The notes under the pieces are model-generated. The model made no database searches. It had not been told where the DNA came from and worked only from the letters and a program-made list of their open reading frames with translations. DNA of 64,000 bases from Negativicutes bacterium. Lineage in GTDB: Bacteria > Bacillota > Negativicutes > UBA1444. Below are positions 54,311-63,783 of this stretch, in pieces. Made by a program: the position numbers and the translations under genes. Position 1 is the stretch's first letter. Each line of letters starts with the position of its first letter. The DNA lies in NCBI GenBank assembly GCA_963665275.2, contig CAXXIN010000016.1:192001-256000 (forward strand). The letters run 5' to 3'.

Positions 54311-55810
54311 ATGGGAGCGAATTTTCGAATTTTACATTTTTCAGATTTGCATTTTTCTAATGGGCGTGATTGTCAGGCTAGTAATCACAGCCATTCCATA
54401 GATATGTGCTCTGCAATTTCTAGCTTTGTCAAAAACAATAATGATTTCGATAAAGTAATAATATCAGGAGATATCTCAGATGGTGGCGATAGAGAAAGTC
54501 TACTTACGGCCCATGACTGGATCATGCATGATATGGGTATAGGAGCCAAAGAACGGATTGGATTACGCTTAAATGATAATCCTCAAAAATTAGGAATAGT
54601 CCCAGGAAATCATGATGCTTGGAATAATAGATCGGGGGGAAAGCTGATAAGTCGGTGGCAAAAGTCATTGGAGAATTATAACAGTATTTTTTACTATACG
54701 CAGCTTGGATAAAGAGTTATCTTGTATATATGATTGGATCGAGAAAGATGGAGTAGGTGTCTTTATTGCATACGTAGATTCTTGCTATTTTGGTGACGAT
54801 GATAATAGTTTATCTGATGTTTCAGAAAGGGTCGCGAGAGGTAAATTGTCTTCTCAGCAGGCTAAAATTCTATTAAATTGGTATGATAGAGGACTTAAAG
54901 GTAAGTTGCAGAAGCCCAATGAAGAATTTATATCATCTAGCCTTTTCCGTTCAAGCTTGAAAATAGTAGTAATGCATCACTATCTTTTCGAACCGCAGGG
55001 GTTGAGTGAGGAAGGATATTTTTTAAAGATAAAAGATAAAAAAAATGTTTTTAGTAATATTGCTATGGCTGATTTTGACGTTTTGTTGTGTGGACACAGG
55101 CATATCGCTGATTCAAAAGAATCGAGCTATGGAGATCATTTCGACAGACGAGCAAGGAATCGTTATATGTTCAATTGCTTCCGTCGCTTAATGGGGATTG
55201 ATGCGTTGCCGTTACAATTTGATGACAAACAAGGAGTAAGATTAACTAAAAAATTATCGGCAGTGATCCAAATTTTATGGCGGAAGTTTAGGATGGAAAA
55301 GAGGCATAAAAACTTAGTGCAAAAATACCGCATGAGAATATAAACGATTGTTATACAGATGAATTAATTGAAGCTTTGAAGAAAGGGATTGCGAATCCAG
55401 CTGATTTTCGGCAGGAAATAAAGGAATGCTTTTTTCGACAGAGCGTTGAAATAACAGAAACTCTTGCAGATAGCGAACTTGAAGATTTGCAGATGCAATT
55501 ATATTCAAAATTTACTTCAGAAGAGAGAAAAAAATTGGCAAAAATGGCAGAAAAACTAAATAAATATATTAAGAAACTCAATTCACGACCATTCTTGCAA
55601 GTTATGGCAGGATCGGCAACGAAAGCGTCTCTTCGAAATGAAAGTGCTCGTTCTTTCAATGTATATGAAATTGATTATGATAAGATGGGCTTTAGGTTTT
55701 CAATTATACAATATGATTGGGAAGATAATAAGTTCAAAAATAGCAATACAAGAATTAATTTCAATTTTTTGGATAGCAGAAAACTTGTTTTGGAAGATGC
55801 GGAAGGCTAA
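54311..55810 (+). CDS. Calcineurin-like metallophosphoesterase with a large insertion, frameshifted
   Basis: ILHFSDLH, SGDI, VPGNHD, MHHY, CGHRH and AGSAT..SFNVYEI over three frames; AT-rich; GGAGG RBS. Confidence 0.8.
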
Positions 55811-56290
55811 GATTATTGCACCAGACCAATTTGAATTGCGAAGACAAAGAGTTAAGAGGCTTTTCAGTAAAAGCAGTCCAAAGATTTGTCAGGGATTCAA
55901 ACATAACTACAGCGCTGCCCGCCAGCCCTCCCGCCCCTGGCACGTTTTTTTGCTGGCTACCGTAGCCGCTATCGGCCAAGGCGACAAGGGGAGGGCTCTT
56001 TTGCGACCGCCTGCGCAGTAGCTCGCATCATGGCACAATAACAAAGCGGCTAAAATTACGAAGAGGAAAAGCAAACTGCCTGCGGCATGAGCTTTTGCTC
56101 CTGTCTCGCGGCAGTTTTTCGTATTCCATCGTATTTTTTTTGAGCCCTCACTCGGTGTTTTTTCTATTTAATAAATTGCTGTTTCAAAGGCGGCGCGAGC
56201 GCTGAGAGGGAAGACCTCAGGCAAGAAAAAGGCGCTCTGGAGACCGCGCGCAGCGCCGCCATCACAGACAATCTTCCAGTGAAGGAATTA

Positions 56291-57379
56291 TTATTTCAGG
56301 GTAACACCATTTTCAGGCAGAAGCACATTGAGCATAAAATCTATATGTGCCATAACTGAATCATGAAATTGTTTCCAGTCACTCTTCATAAATTCGTTGC
56401 TCATCTCAAACACCTCGTTCGGTGTGTGCCTGATATCGTCCTTACCTAAAGCAATACTTTTCCATGATCCAGGCCCTGATGAAATATAGGGAATATTTAT
56501 TTTACCAAACCCGAACCAATCTTCACTCAACGCTTGCTGCCATAATTCGTGTCTTTTATCCGCATTGTAGTGCGCAAAGCGAAGAAATGAATCCTTGAAT
56601 GCATTATATACATAATCAGGTATAACCGGTATATTTCCGTTTACATCTGATGCTTGATAGCGTTTTAGCACTATCCATATATTGGACACTGCATCCATAA
56701 ATCGCTCTATATTATGGACTCGTCCCGATGAGTTTCCTTCTCTATCTATATATTCCCACTCTAAATAAGGAATATCTGGACAGTGCAATGCCGTCAAATG
56801 CCCCAATGGAAAACGATTCATGTTGGCCGAGATTAATCTATCTGCAATATCATCCAACGGAGAAACAATCTTCAAAAAGCTATTGCCGGACTCCGAATCA
56901 AAGATATCACGCAATACATTGAGAGGGCTTACTACACCCGCAAACCCTTGATGTGCCCATGTATCAGCATATGAATGCAAGGTGATCCCCAAACGGTGTA
57001 AACTCTTATTGCCATTATTTATGCACTCGGCTACCATTTTTTGTGCAATTTCACTGTTAGGTCTACAAATCATTCTTGCCCGATACTCATATTCAGTACC
57101 CGCAAACGATCCTGGGTTGTTGCCTGGCACGAAATGAAACGGCAACCATGTATGATTATTAACCGCCTCATCCAAATTTTCATAGAACTCTTTGTTATCT
57201 GTGCACGTGACTGATCTCATGTGATAGTATGACGGCGCATTTGAAAAATAAATGAATCCACCATGGGTAGCATCGTCAACGTATTGCGAACTGTATGCAA
57301 TGGTAAAAGCATCTTCATGAGAAAATTCAGCGTACCTCGCAAGAACGTAAATAACATCAAAATGAAAGTCCTTTTGCAT
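56291..57379 (-). CDS. DUF6765-like protein (possible Zn-dependent phospholipase C/P1-nuclease-like fold)
   Basis: MQKDFH, AYSSQYVDD, PFHFVPG and LGITLHSYADTWAHQGF. Confidence 0.7.
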   Translation of the reverse strand: MQKDFHFDVIYVLARYAEFSHEDAFTIAYSSQYVDDATHGGFIYFSNAPSYYHMRSVTCTDNKEFYENLDEAVNNHTWLPFHFVPGNNPGSFAGTEYEYRARMICRPNSEIAQKMVAECINNGNKSLHRLGITLHSYADTWAHQGFAGVVSPLNVLRDIFDSESGNSFLKIVSPLDDIADRLISANMNRFPLGHLTALHCPDIPYLEWEYIDREGNSSGRVHNIERFMDAVSNIWIVLKRYQASDVNGNIPVIPDYVYNAFKDSFLRFAHYNADKRHELWQQALSEDWFGFGKINIPYISSGPGSWKSIALGKDDIRHTPNEVFEMSNEFMKSDWKQFHDSVMAHIDFMLNVLLPENGVTLK

Positions 57380-57661
57380 TTAATTTGCTCCCTTCTATAT
57401 TATTTGGTATCCACCCTTGTCATTTTCGCTGTCTTTTGCTTCTTGGCTTCACTAGAGTCCATTAACATGTAGACAGTCAGTTAATTTATAAAAAAGACCT
57501 CAGTGAAAAACACTGAAGCCCAAAAGTCTTTTAGGTTTTCAACACAAGACACGCTGTTTCATTATCAAAACTCAATTTGATCTATAGAACACAATTGAAA
57601 ACACATGGGGGGGAACCGGCATTGCGATTCTACTCAGTGATAGCTTCAGCAGTTTTGCCCA

Positions 57662-58012
57662 TTACCCAACAATTTGCATAATAAAATCTTTCCATTTTGT
57701 AAAAGTCTCAATTAGGGTCGGAGTAGTATTAATCGTTTGCATTGCCGAACCAATTCCAGCAAGAATTCCATGAACGCTTAATTTATTGCACCCTTCAGAT
57801 TTTACTTGTTCGGCAACCTGTGTCACCGCCGAAGAAATCTCGTTTTTCTTTTCACCTGGAGCGTTAGCAGATTGTATTATTTTGAGAAGCTCTTGCGTAA
57901 TATCTATCAGTTGCTGCTCTTGTCTATTATCGTTTATAACATTATCAGAGCCCAAACTCATATTTCCTTTGTTGCCGGTAACTGTTACTCCACCGAAATT
58001 ATTATTTGTCAT
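57662..58012 (-). CDS. Small protein: N/G-rich N-terminal motif plus an amphipathic helical domain
   Basis: GGGGG RBS before ATG 58012; the frame is open upstream as far as the A9 run at 58162-58170. Confidence 0.7.
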   Translation of the reverse strand: MTNNNFGGVTVTGNKGNMSLGSDNVINDNRQEQQLIDITQELLKIIQSANAPGEKKNEISSAVTQVAEQVKSEGCNKLSVHGILAGIGSAMQTINTTPTLIETFTKWKDFIMQIVG

Positions 58013-58131
58013 AGCACAACCCCCAACCGCCGCAACCGGGCCATTAATAATAATCTGAACTCCGGGAAACCCTGCTAAGGTACGGACAACTCCATCAGAC
58101 AGTAACTCTGGGCAAGTGATCGGTACTGGAC

Positions 58132-58527
58132 TCACATCTGCAAAAGATTGGCCATTGGATGTTTTTTTTTACCCCCTTGTCCCGCCTGTTGTACTAACCG
58201 CTCTTTATAATCACGACAAACCTCGAAAACTGGAAATACAAGCTCGCCGGTTACGTCAATATCTTCACCACAAGCACATTCCATCACGATATCCGATAAA
58301 GACGGCATGCAATCAACGATTTCAACCGTCCGTGCACATCCGTCTCGTGGGCATCTTATCTCCCAGCGCAATTGAAGTTTACCATCTTTAGCAAGCTTCA
58401 ATAACCGTTCAAAGACATCAGACAAAGGTAAACCCGTAAGTTTAGCCACATACGTCGGATAGAAACGAACAATTCTTGACGCAGCAATATCATCAACAGC
58501 ATCATCGATATCCCACTGTATTGTCAT
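58132..58527 (-). CDS. Winged-helix-like plus zinc-ribbon protein
   Basis: GGAGG RBS; RFYPTYVAKLTG..VFERLLKL, CPRDGC and CACG. Confidence 0.78.
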   Translation of the reverse strand: MTIQWDIDDAVDDIAASRIVRFYPTYVAKLTGLPLSDVFERLLKLAKDGKLQLRWEIRCPRDGCARTVEIVDCMPSLSDIVMECACGEDIDVTGELVFPVFEVCRDYKERLVQQAGQGGKKKHPMANLLQM

Positions 58528-58558
58528 TCACGGTCACCTCCGATGCACAATTTTCCCA

Positions 58559-59650
58559 TTATAAAATTATAACATTTTCCCGGACATACTTAACCGCTTT
58601 TTCAGTTGCTGACGTAAGAAATTGAATGCTATTTGTTGTAACCCCAACTCGAATCGTACAGTTTTCTGCAAACGGAATTTCGCCAATCGAAAAATTGATG
58701 TATCCGCCTTGTTGTTGCACGTGTGGCTTTAAATAATTAAAGAAAGCATGGTCTCGTAAATCGCTTTTACCCCCAAGGCCAACTTTTTCGAGCCCACTTA
58801 AAAACATTGTGGTAAATAATGTCCCCTGCGCTAAATCCAATTCCTGTTTTGCGGCTTGAAGGTTTCCTTCTAAAGAACGAATATCATCATCAAGAAAATA
58901 GGCATCAATTGCTGTAATGATCGCAATCAGATTTTTTGTTTCCTGGCCAGAAATATCTCCAATATTTGTTTCTGGCTTTGAAGTCGATTCGGTAAGTATT
59001 CCACCCAGCTTGTCTGCAATTGCACCAATATTCTTTCCATCTTTATCAACAATGTTCCGGGGGGTTATTGCAGTGTGTTGTTCAATCATTCCTGCTATCG
59101 TTGAGGCAAATTTTTTTGCAGAATTTGCCTCCGTTCTTATTTCAATGCAATTACTATCTTCATTCATATATACGGTTACAACTTTGGTAATCGGAATCAC
59201 TTCTCGCTGACTTCCAGAGAATTTGTTTATCGTCCCGATTTTATGAACAAACCGCAAATAATATTCTTCTTTTGACTGCCCCTCAATTGCCGATATCAAT
59301 ATTGGACTTTCAGTTATTTTTCCGGTGTCCGGCATCACTGCCTTTGAGAAAGGATTGAAGCGGGCTTTAGCCAATATTTTTTCTCTTGATCCCTTTAATG
59401 TTGCTCCGCCTTCGAGGTAATACCAAGTAACTGAGGTTTTCCCGCACAACGCCATTTCTTCATATTCTTTTAGGACAGCCTCTTTTCTATTTTTGTTTTC
59501 GCGAAGGAAGGCCCATATCCGCCCGCTCAATTCGGACTGCAAACCCTTTGGAGACAATTTTAATTCATTGCATATATCGACAAGGCTCTTTTTTGATAGG
59601 CGCTGCAAATCACTTTCGAGAATAGCCTCGGCTATTTTCAACAGAATCAA
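58559..59650 (-). CDS. Hypothetical protein with an N-terminal SAP-like motif
   Basis: 363-aa ORF with LSKKSLVDICNELKLSPKGLQSELSGRIW; the true start may be TTG 59641. Confidence 0.75.
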   Translation of the reverse strand: MILLKIAEAILESDLQRLSKKSLVDICNELKLSPKGLQSELSGRIWAFLRENKNRKEAVLKEYEEMALCGKTSVTWYYLEGGATLKGSREKILAKARFNPFSKAVMPDTGKITESPILISAIEGQSKEEYYLRFVHKIGTINKFSGSQREVIPITKVVTVYMNEDSNCIEIRTEANSAKKFASTIAGMIEQHTAITPRNIVDKDGKNIGAIADKLGGILTESTSKPETNIGDISGQETKNLIAIITAIDAYFLDDDIRSLEGNLQAAKQELDLAQGTLFTTMFLSGLEKVGLGGKSDLRDHAFFNYLKPHVQQQGGYINFSIGEIPFAENCTIRVGVTTNSIQFLTSATEKAVKYVRENVIIL

Positions 59651-59822
59651 CTCCTGGTTATTTAATTTCCATTCATACTTTTCGTTTTCGTCTTATGATT
59701 TTCATTTATTTTCAAAAAATTATATTACATCAGATTATCCTTGCAGGAGGCGACACATGTATAGCCTACCGAGGCGATCCCGCAGGGTAAATCCTCTCGC
59801 GCTTCGCCACCCAGAGCAGATT

Positions 59823-59896
59823 GTATCAGGGTGTTTCCCTGTATTTTTTTGATTTTCGCCACCATCAAAAAGTTCACAATTTGTTCGCTTTACATG
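59823..59896 (+). repeat. Direct repeat copy 1, flanking the membrane-protein pair
   Basis: 59851-59889 matches 62701-62739 at 35 of 39 positions and is preceded by a hairpin. Confidence 0.75.
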
Positions 59897-59922
59897 GGGT
59901 GTCTCATCGACCATGATCAATC

Positions 59923-61125
59923 TTATGGCACGATTTTTATTATCAGATCTGTCGTCTTAACCCATGCATATACCCTGTTATCGCCTCGAATAAAATCTGA
60001 AGAGGTTTTTAATTTCTCAAGAGAATTTAGGGATTTCAGCAGGTTAGTTAGATGGTAGGTATTCTCAGGACTTTCTTCAGAGCTTTCTCGGAGCTGGCTT
60101 TCGATGGTGTTTTTGAGCGTTTGTTCAAGCCACACATAATCTTTCATTTTTATTTTTTCCATAGCGGCAACAAAGATTGCCTGTTTGTCATCAGTATGTC
60201 CCAGTTGATACACCACACCTCTTATTATTGCCATATAACGAATATAGGGCGGAAGGCCAATGTTGCTGCTAACTTGAAAGCAATAAAACGAGGCCTTAAA
60301 ATAGTTAGGGGGGGATTGATTTAAAGCAGCGTCAATTTCTTTTTTGGCGGAGCTAGCTTCGTAAATTGCAAATGCCTTGGGGAAGCTTGGAGAAACGCAG
60401 ATTAATTGTTGTGCTGTAATGAAAATAATAATTGAATAGGTTACTATCTTAATTATTATTTTGGGTTTAATTACGGTTTGTAGCTGTAGCCCGATGCAAA
60501 ATACTCTTGTCCATAGTATCAAAGAAACCATATAGAAAAGCATCTTAACAAATAATAATGGGCCGAAGTACCTAATAAGTGCGAAAATGAATGTGCTTAC
60601 TAAATCATCTTGGGACATTGATTGGTCGGGGTTGAGAAGCGGTTTTTCGAAGAGCCAATGTTCAATAGGGCTATAAATAAAGCTGTCTAGAAACGTCAAG
60701 GGAACAAGCAATCCGCTAGCGTAGAAGAATGATCTAAAAAGTTTCTGGTATTGCCACTGCCATTTTACCAATCTCCGACTCACAAGTTGCAGTATAAGTA
60801 TAAAAATAATAAAACCAGCAAAGAACAATAAAGGCTCAAAGAACAGCGTGTCCAGAGTAATAGGGGTCTTAATAGTTATAGCGGACAAGGTGTCCTTTAT
60901 TTTTTCGGTTTTTATAAAAGAACTCACAGCAGAAGAAAAAATGACATTTAAAACAAAGAAAAAAACAGGCGTAACAACATAGAAAGAAGGGTTGTTCAAA
61001 AGAAACTGCAGGGTCTTTTGTGGGGAAAAAGTTATTCTCTTGATTAAGATACAATAATCGATGATAGCTTGAATAAGCACTTCTGTTTTCTTAAGAATTC
61101 GATCTTCATAGGACACGCGATACAC
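59923..61125 (-). CDS. Polytopic membrane protein (Yip1-like N-terminus, soluble C-terminus)
   Basis: 400-aa AT-rich ORF with about five hydrophobic segments. Confidence 0.7.
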   Translation of the reverse strand: MYRVSYEDRILKKTEVLIQAIIDYCILIKRITFSPQKTLQFLLNNPSFYVVTPVFFFVLNVIFSSAVSSFIKTEKIKDTLSAITIKTPITLDTLFFEPLLFFAGFIIFILILQLVSRRLVKWQWQYQKLFRSFFYASGLLVPLTFLDSFIYSPIEHWLFEKPLLNPDQSMSQDDLVSTFIFALIRYFGPLLFVKMLFYMVSLILWTRVFCIGLQLQTVIKPKIIIKIVTYSIIIFITAQQLICVSPSFPKAFAIYEASSAKKEIDAALNQSPPNYFKASFYCFQVSSNIGLPPYIRYMAIIRGVVYQLGHTDDKQAIFVAAMEKIKMKDYVWLEQTLKNTIESQLRESSEESPENTYHLTNLLKSLNSLEKLKTSSDFIRGDNRVYAWVKTTDLIIKIVP

Positions 61126-61148
61126 CTCTCTGAAATTGATTTGTTTCT

Positions 61149-62423
61149 TTAATTATTGGGATAGGGAAGTATTTTATAATAATGTACAGGCAAATACTTC
61201 TCAATCTTTTTGAGAAAATCTAAGTAGGAGAAAGTTGCATTTGTTACCTCAATATGACTATCAAGCATTTTGCTGAAGTCATTATTCATTTTTATTTTTA
61301 ATTCATGTATATCTATTTGATGTTCATTTATTACTATTTTTCTTACTAGCTGCATTACTTTAGTAGCATCACTTGTAGGAGCTTCGAGGCTTTTACGCTT
61401 TGTAATTGATAGGTTTTCATAATCTAAGGAAGAGATGATAGTCAGTGTTTTATCATAATCATCTAGGAAATCGTTATATTGAGTATATGTTTCTATATTC
61501 TTATGAAGGAAATATCTATTTTTATTAAACATAGATTGATTAAGCTTCTTCTCTAACTTGTCGATATTTTTGCCTACCTTGGAGTTTTCCTTTTCTTTGT
61601 CCAACTTCCACATATATAAAAGTTGTTGTATTCTATTCGTAGCAAGAAAAAACTCCGCTTCACTTGAAATAGATGGTTCGCTTTTAATATAGGAGAGAAT
61701 TGAATTAACTGGTTCCTCAATTTGCTTATATTTTGAATGAGCAGAATTCACTATTGCGTTTGCATTATTGGTCTCATTGAAACATTCTAAGGTATAGAAC
61801 TCTGATGCGATTGGGTCTTCAAAAGCCATCAGTATATGTTTGGGGATATGAATATTTATATCGAAGTATGAAACCATAAATACAAGGACTATTCCAGTTG
61901 CTACAATCGTTAATCCACTAAGTACTTGCTTAAGCCTACTTTGAAAAAATAGCAAAACAAACTTGCCGACAAGAAAGAAAATAAAAACAATGATTGACAC
62001 TTCATATAAGAAATAAAAGAAATAACTTTCAGTATGAATGAAAGCTGATAACATAAGCAGCGGGATACTTCCGGTTATTGTCTGTTGGAAAACTACATAA
62101 TTCAAGCACACTTTTATCTTATTACCAAAATTTGAAAACAACATGGCTATAAGATACCCGAGCGACATAATCGGTAATTGAAACAATAGTAATCGTGCAT
62201 TAGCAATCAAGGAGTAGTCAAACGTAGGATTTTCAGATAAGAAGTATGTTTGTATTATGATAAAAAAAGCTATATATATGATTAATCTGTATGCATTAGC
62301 AATGAAGTTCTCATGTATTATTTTTTCAAAATACTTATTTCCATCCAGATAAAAAAGCAAGACATCATGTATAAATTTATTAACTTCAGCGAGGAGCTCA
62401 CGTGTTATTTTAAAAAAATCCAT
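61149..62423 (-). CDS. Polytopic membrane protein with a coiled-coil C-terminal domain
   Basis: 424-aa AT-rich ORF with about five TM segments; GGGGG RBS. Confidence 0.72.
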   Translation of the reverse strand: MDFFKITRELLAEVNKFIHDVLLFYLDGNKYFEKIIHENFIANAYRLIIYIAFFIIIQTYFLSENPTFDYSLIANARLLLFQLPIMSLGYLIAMLFSNFGNKIKVCLNYVVFQQTITGSIPLLMLSAFIHTESYFFYFLYEVSIIVFIFFLVGKFVLLFFQSRLKQVLSGLTIVATGIVLVFMVSYFDINIHIPKHILMAFEDPIASEFYTLECFNETNNANAIVNSAHSKYKQIEEPVNSILSYIKSEPSISSEAEFFLATNRIQQLLYMWKLDKEKENSKVGKNIDKLEKKLNQSMFNKNRYFLHKNIETYTQYNDFLDDYDKTLTIISSLDYENLSITKRKSLEAPTSDATKVMQLVRKIVINEHQIDIHELKIKMNNDFSKMLDSHIEVTNATFSYLDFLKKIEKYLPVHYYKILPYPNN

Positions 62424-62671
62424 ACTTTCCCCCTACTCACAATCTTTCAATATATTGTCTTGTTGCAATTATTATAAAAGATTCCGATTCCTGATTTTGA
62501 AAATCGTCAAGCTATATAGTTCTGTCAATTCACAAAATAACCTGCAATTTGTCCAATGAGTCGCAATTTTTTTGTTTTCTATGCCACCAGTTTCGTGAAA
62601 AATAGAAACGCCTTAAAACGGGGTTCGCAGAATCCGTTTTAAGGCCTGTTAAATAGCTTCCGAATGTTAAA

Positions 62672-62747
62672 GTACCGGGCAGTTTGCCCGGTGCTTTTCT
62701 GGTTTTCGCCACCATCAATAATTTAACAATTTGTTCGCTGTCACATG
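62672..62747 (+). repeat. Direct repeat copy 2
   Basis: Hairpin GTACCGGGC-AGTTT-GCCCGGTGC, followed by the conserved 39-mer. Confidence 0.75.
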
Positions 62748-62775
62748 ATGCAATCCATCAGCTATACTACAAATA

Positions 62776-62789
62776 CAAACGTACGTTCG
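62776..62789 (+). promoter_or_regulatory. LexA/DinR (Cheo) box
   Basis: CAAAC-GTAC-GTTCG (consensus CGAAC-N4-GTTCG), just downstream of TATACT at 62763. Confidence 0.65.
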
Positions 62790-62819
62790 ATTAACGACGC
62801 AATAAGCGTGGGGGGAAAG

Positions 62820-62879
62820 GTGCGGACTATTCTGCATTGTGACTTGAATAATTTTTACGCCGTATCTTTTTTCAGATGA
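62820..62879 (+). pseudogene. dinB: 5' remnant of DNA polymerase IV (Y family)
   Basis: GTG-RTILHCDLNNFYA, then loss of similarity and a stop; RBS present. Confidence 0.75.
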
Positions 62880-62905
62880 GCGGAAACGAGAGGAGACAGG
62901 TTGCA

Positions 62906-63538
62906 ATGAAAACGGTTTATATCTATGTGCAGGACACATTGGCGGATTGGGAAGCCGGTTACGCCATGGCGGAGCTTCATTCCGGCCGCTTTTTTCGGCT
63001 GGCGGCGGCGCCTTTGCGCCTAAAGACCTGCGCTCTGTCACGGGAACTGGTAACGACGATGGGAGGACTGCGGCTTTTACCGGACCTTACTGTCGACGAA
63101 ATTTGCCTGATCGATGCAGCCATGCTGATCCTGCCCGGGGGAGACGGCTGGCTGAATCTGCAAAACGAAATGATTTTGGAAAAAGCTGCGGCTTTTTTGG
63201 CCGCCGAAATTCCGGTGGCGGCGATCTGCGCGGCGACAGTGGCTCTGGGACGGGTCGGCCTGCTCAACCACCATCGCCACACAAGCAACGATTTGGAGTT
63301 TCTGCGAATGGCCTGCGGCGATTCTTACATCGGATCGGCTCTGTACGTAAAGCAGCCAGCCGTGATGGACGGCAATCTGATTACCGCTGCCGGGACTGCG
63401 CCGTTGGAGTTTGCTTGCCGGATTTTTGAGCGGCTGGATGTGTTTTCCCCGGCGACACTGGATGCCTGGTACTTGCTGCACAAGGAAAAGCAGCCGGAGT
63501 ATTACGATGTGCTGGTGGCGTCACTGCCGCTGCGCTGA
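62906..63538 (+). CDS. DJ-1/PfpI family protein (YdeA-like)
   Basis: LADWE, TMGG, ILPGG, AAICAA, HTSN and ITA. Confidence 0.9.
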   Translation: MKTVYIYVQDTLADWEAGYAMAELHSGRFFRLAAAPLRLKTCALSRELVTTMGGLRLLPDLTVDEICLIDAAMLILPGGDGWLNLQNEMILEKAAAFLAAEIPVAAICAATVALGRVGLLNHHRHTSNDLEFLRMACGDSYIGSALYVKQPAVMDGNLITAAGTAPLEFACRIFERLDVFSPATLDAWYLLHKEKQPEYYDVLVASLPLR

Positions 63539-63552
63539 GGGGGCGAGCGAAG

Positions 63553-63783
63553 ATGGGCAAGACGTTTGTGAGAGTGACGGCAGAACATGACCCGAGCGGG
63601 AAGACGAAACCTCTGTGGTTGAATTGGACCGACGGAAAGCAGTATGAGATCGACCGGGTAACGGATGTGAGGCAAGCACCATCGTTGAAGGGCGGCGGGT
63701 TGGGGATGCGGTATACGGTGAAGATCCGGGGGAAAGAAGTGTATTTGTTTGAGGACGAGGGACGATGGTTTGTGGAGGGGTGA
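63553..63783 (+). CDS. Small beta-rich protein typically found downstream of dinB in Clostridia
   Basis: P..W.DG..YEIDRV..A.SLK.GG.G.RY..I..YLFE..WFVE pattern. Confidence 0.7.
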   Translation: MGKTFVRVTAEHDPSGKTKPLWLNWTDGKQYEIDRVTDVRQAPSLKGGGLGMRYTVKIRGKEVYLFEDEGRWFVEG

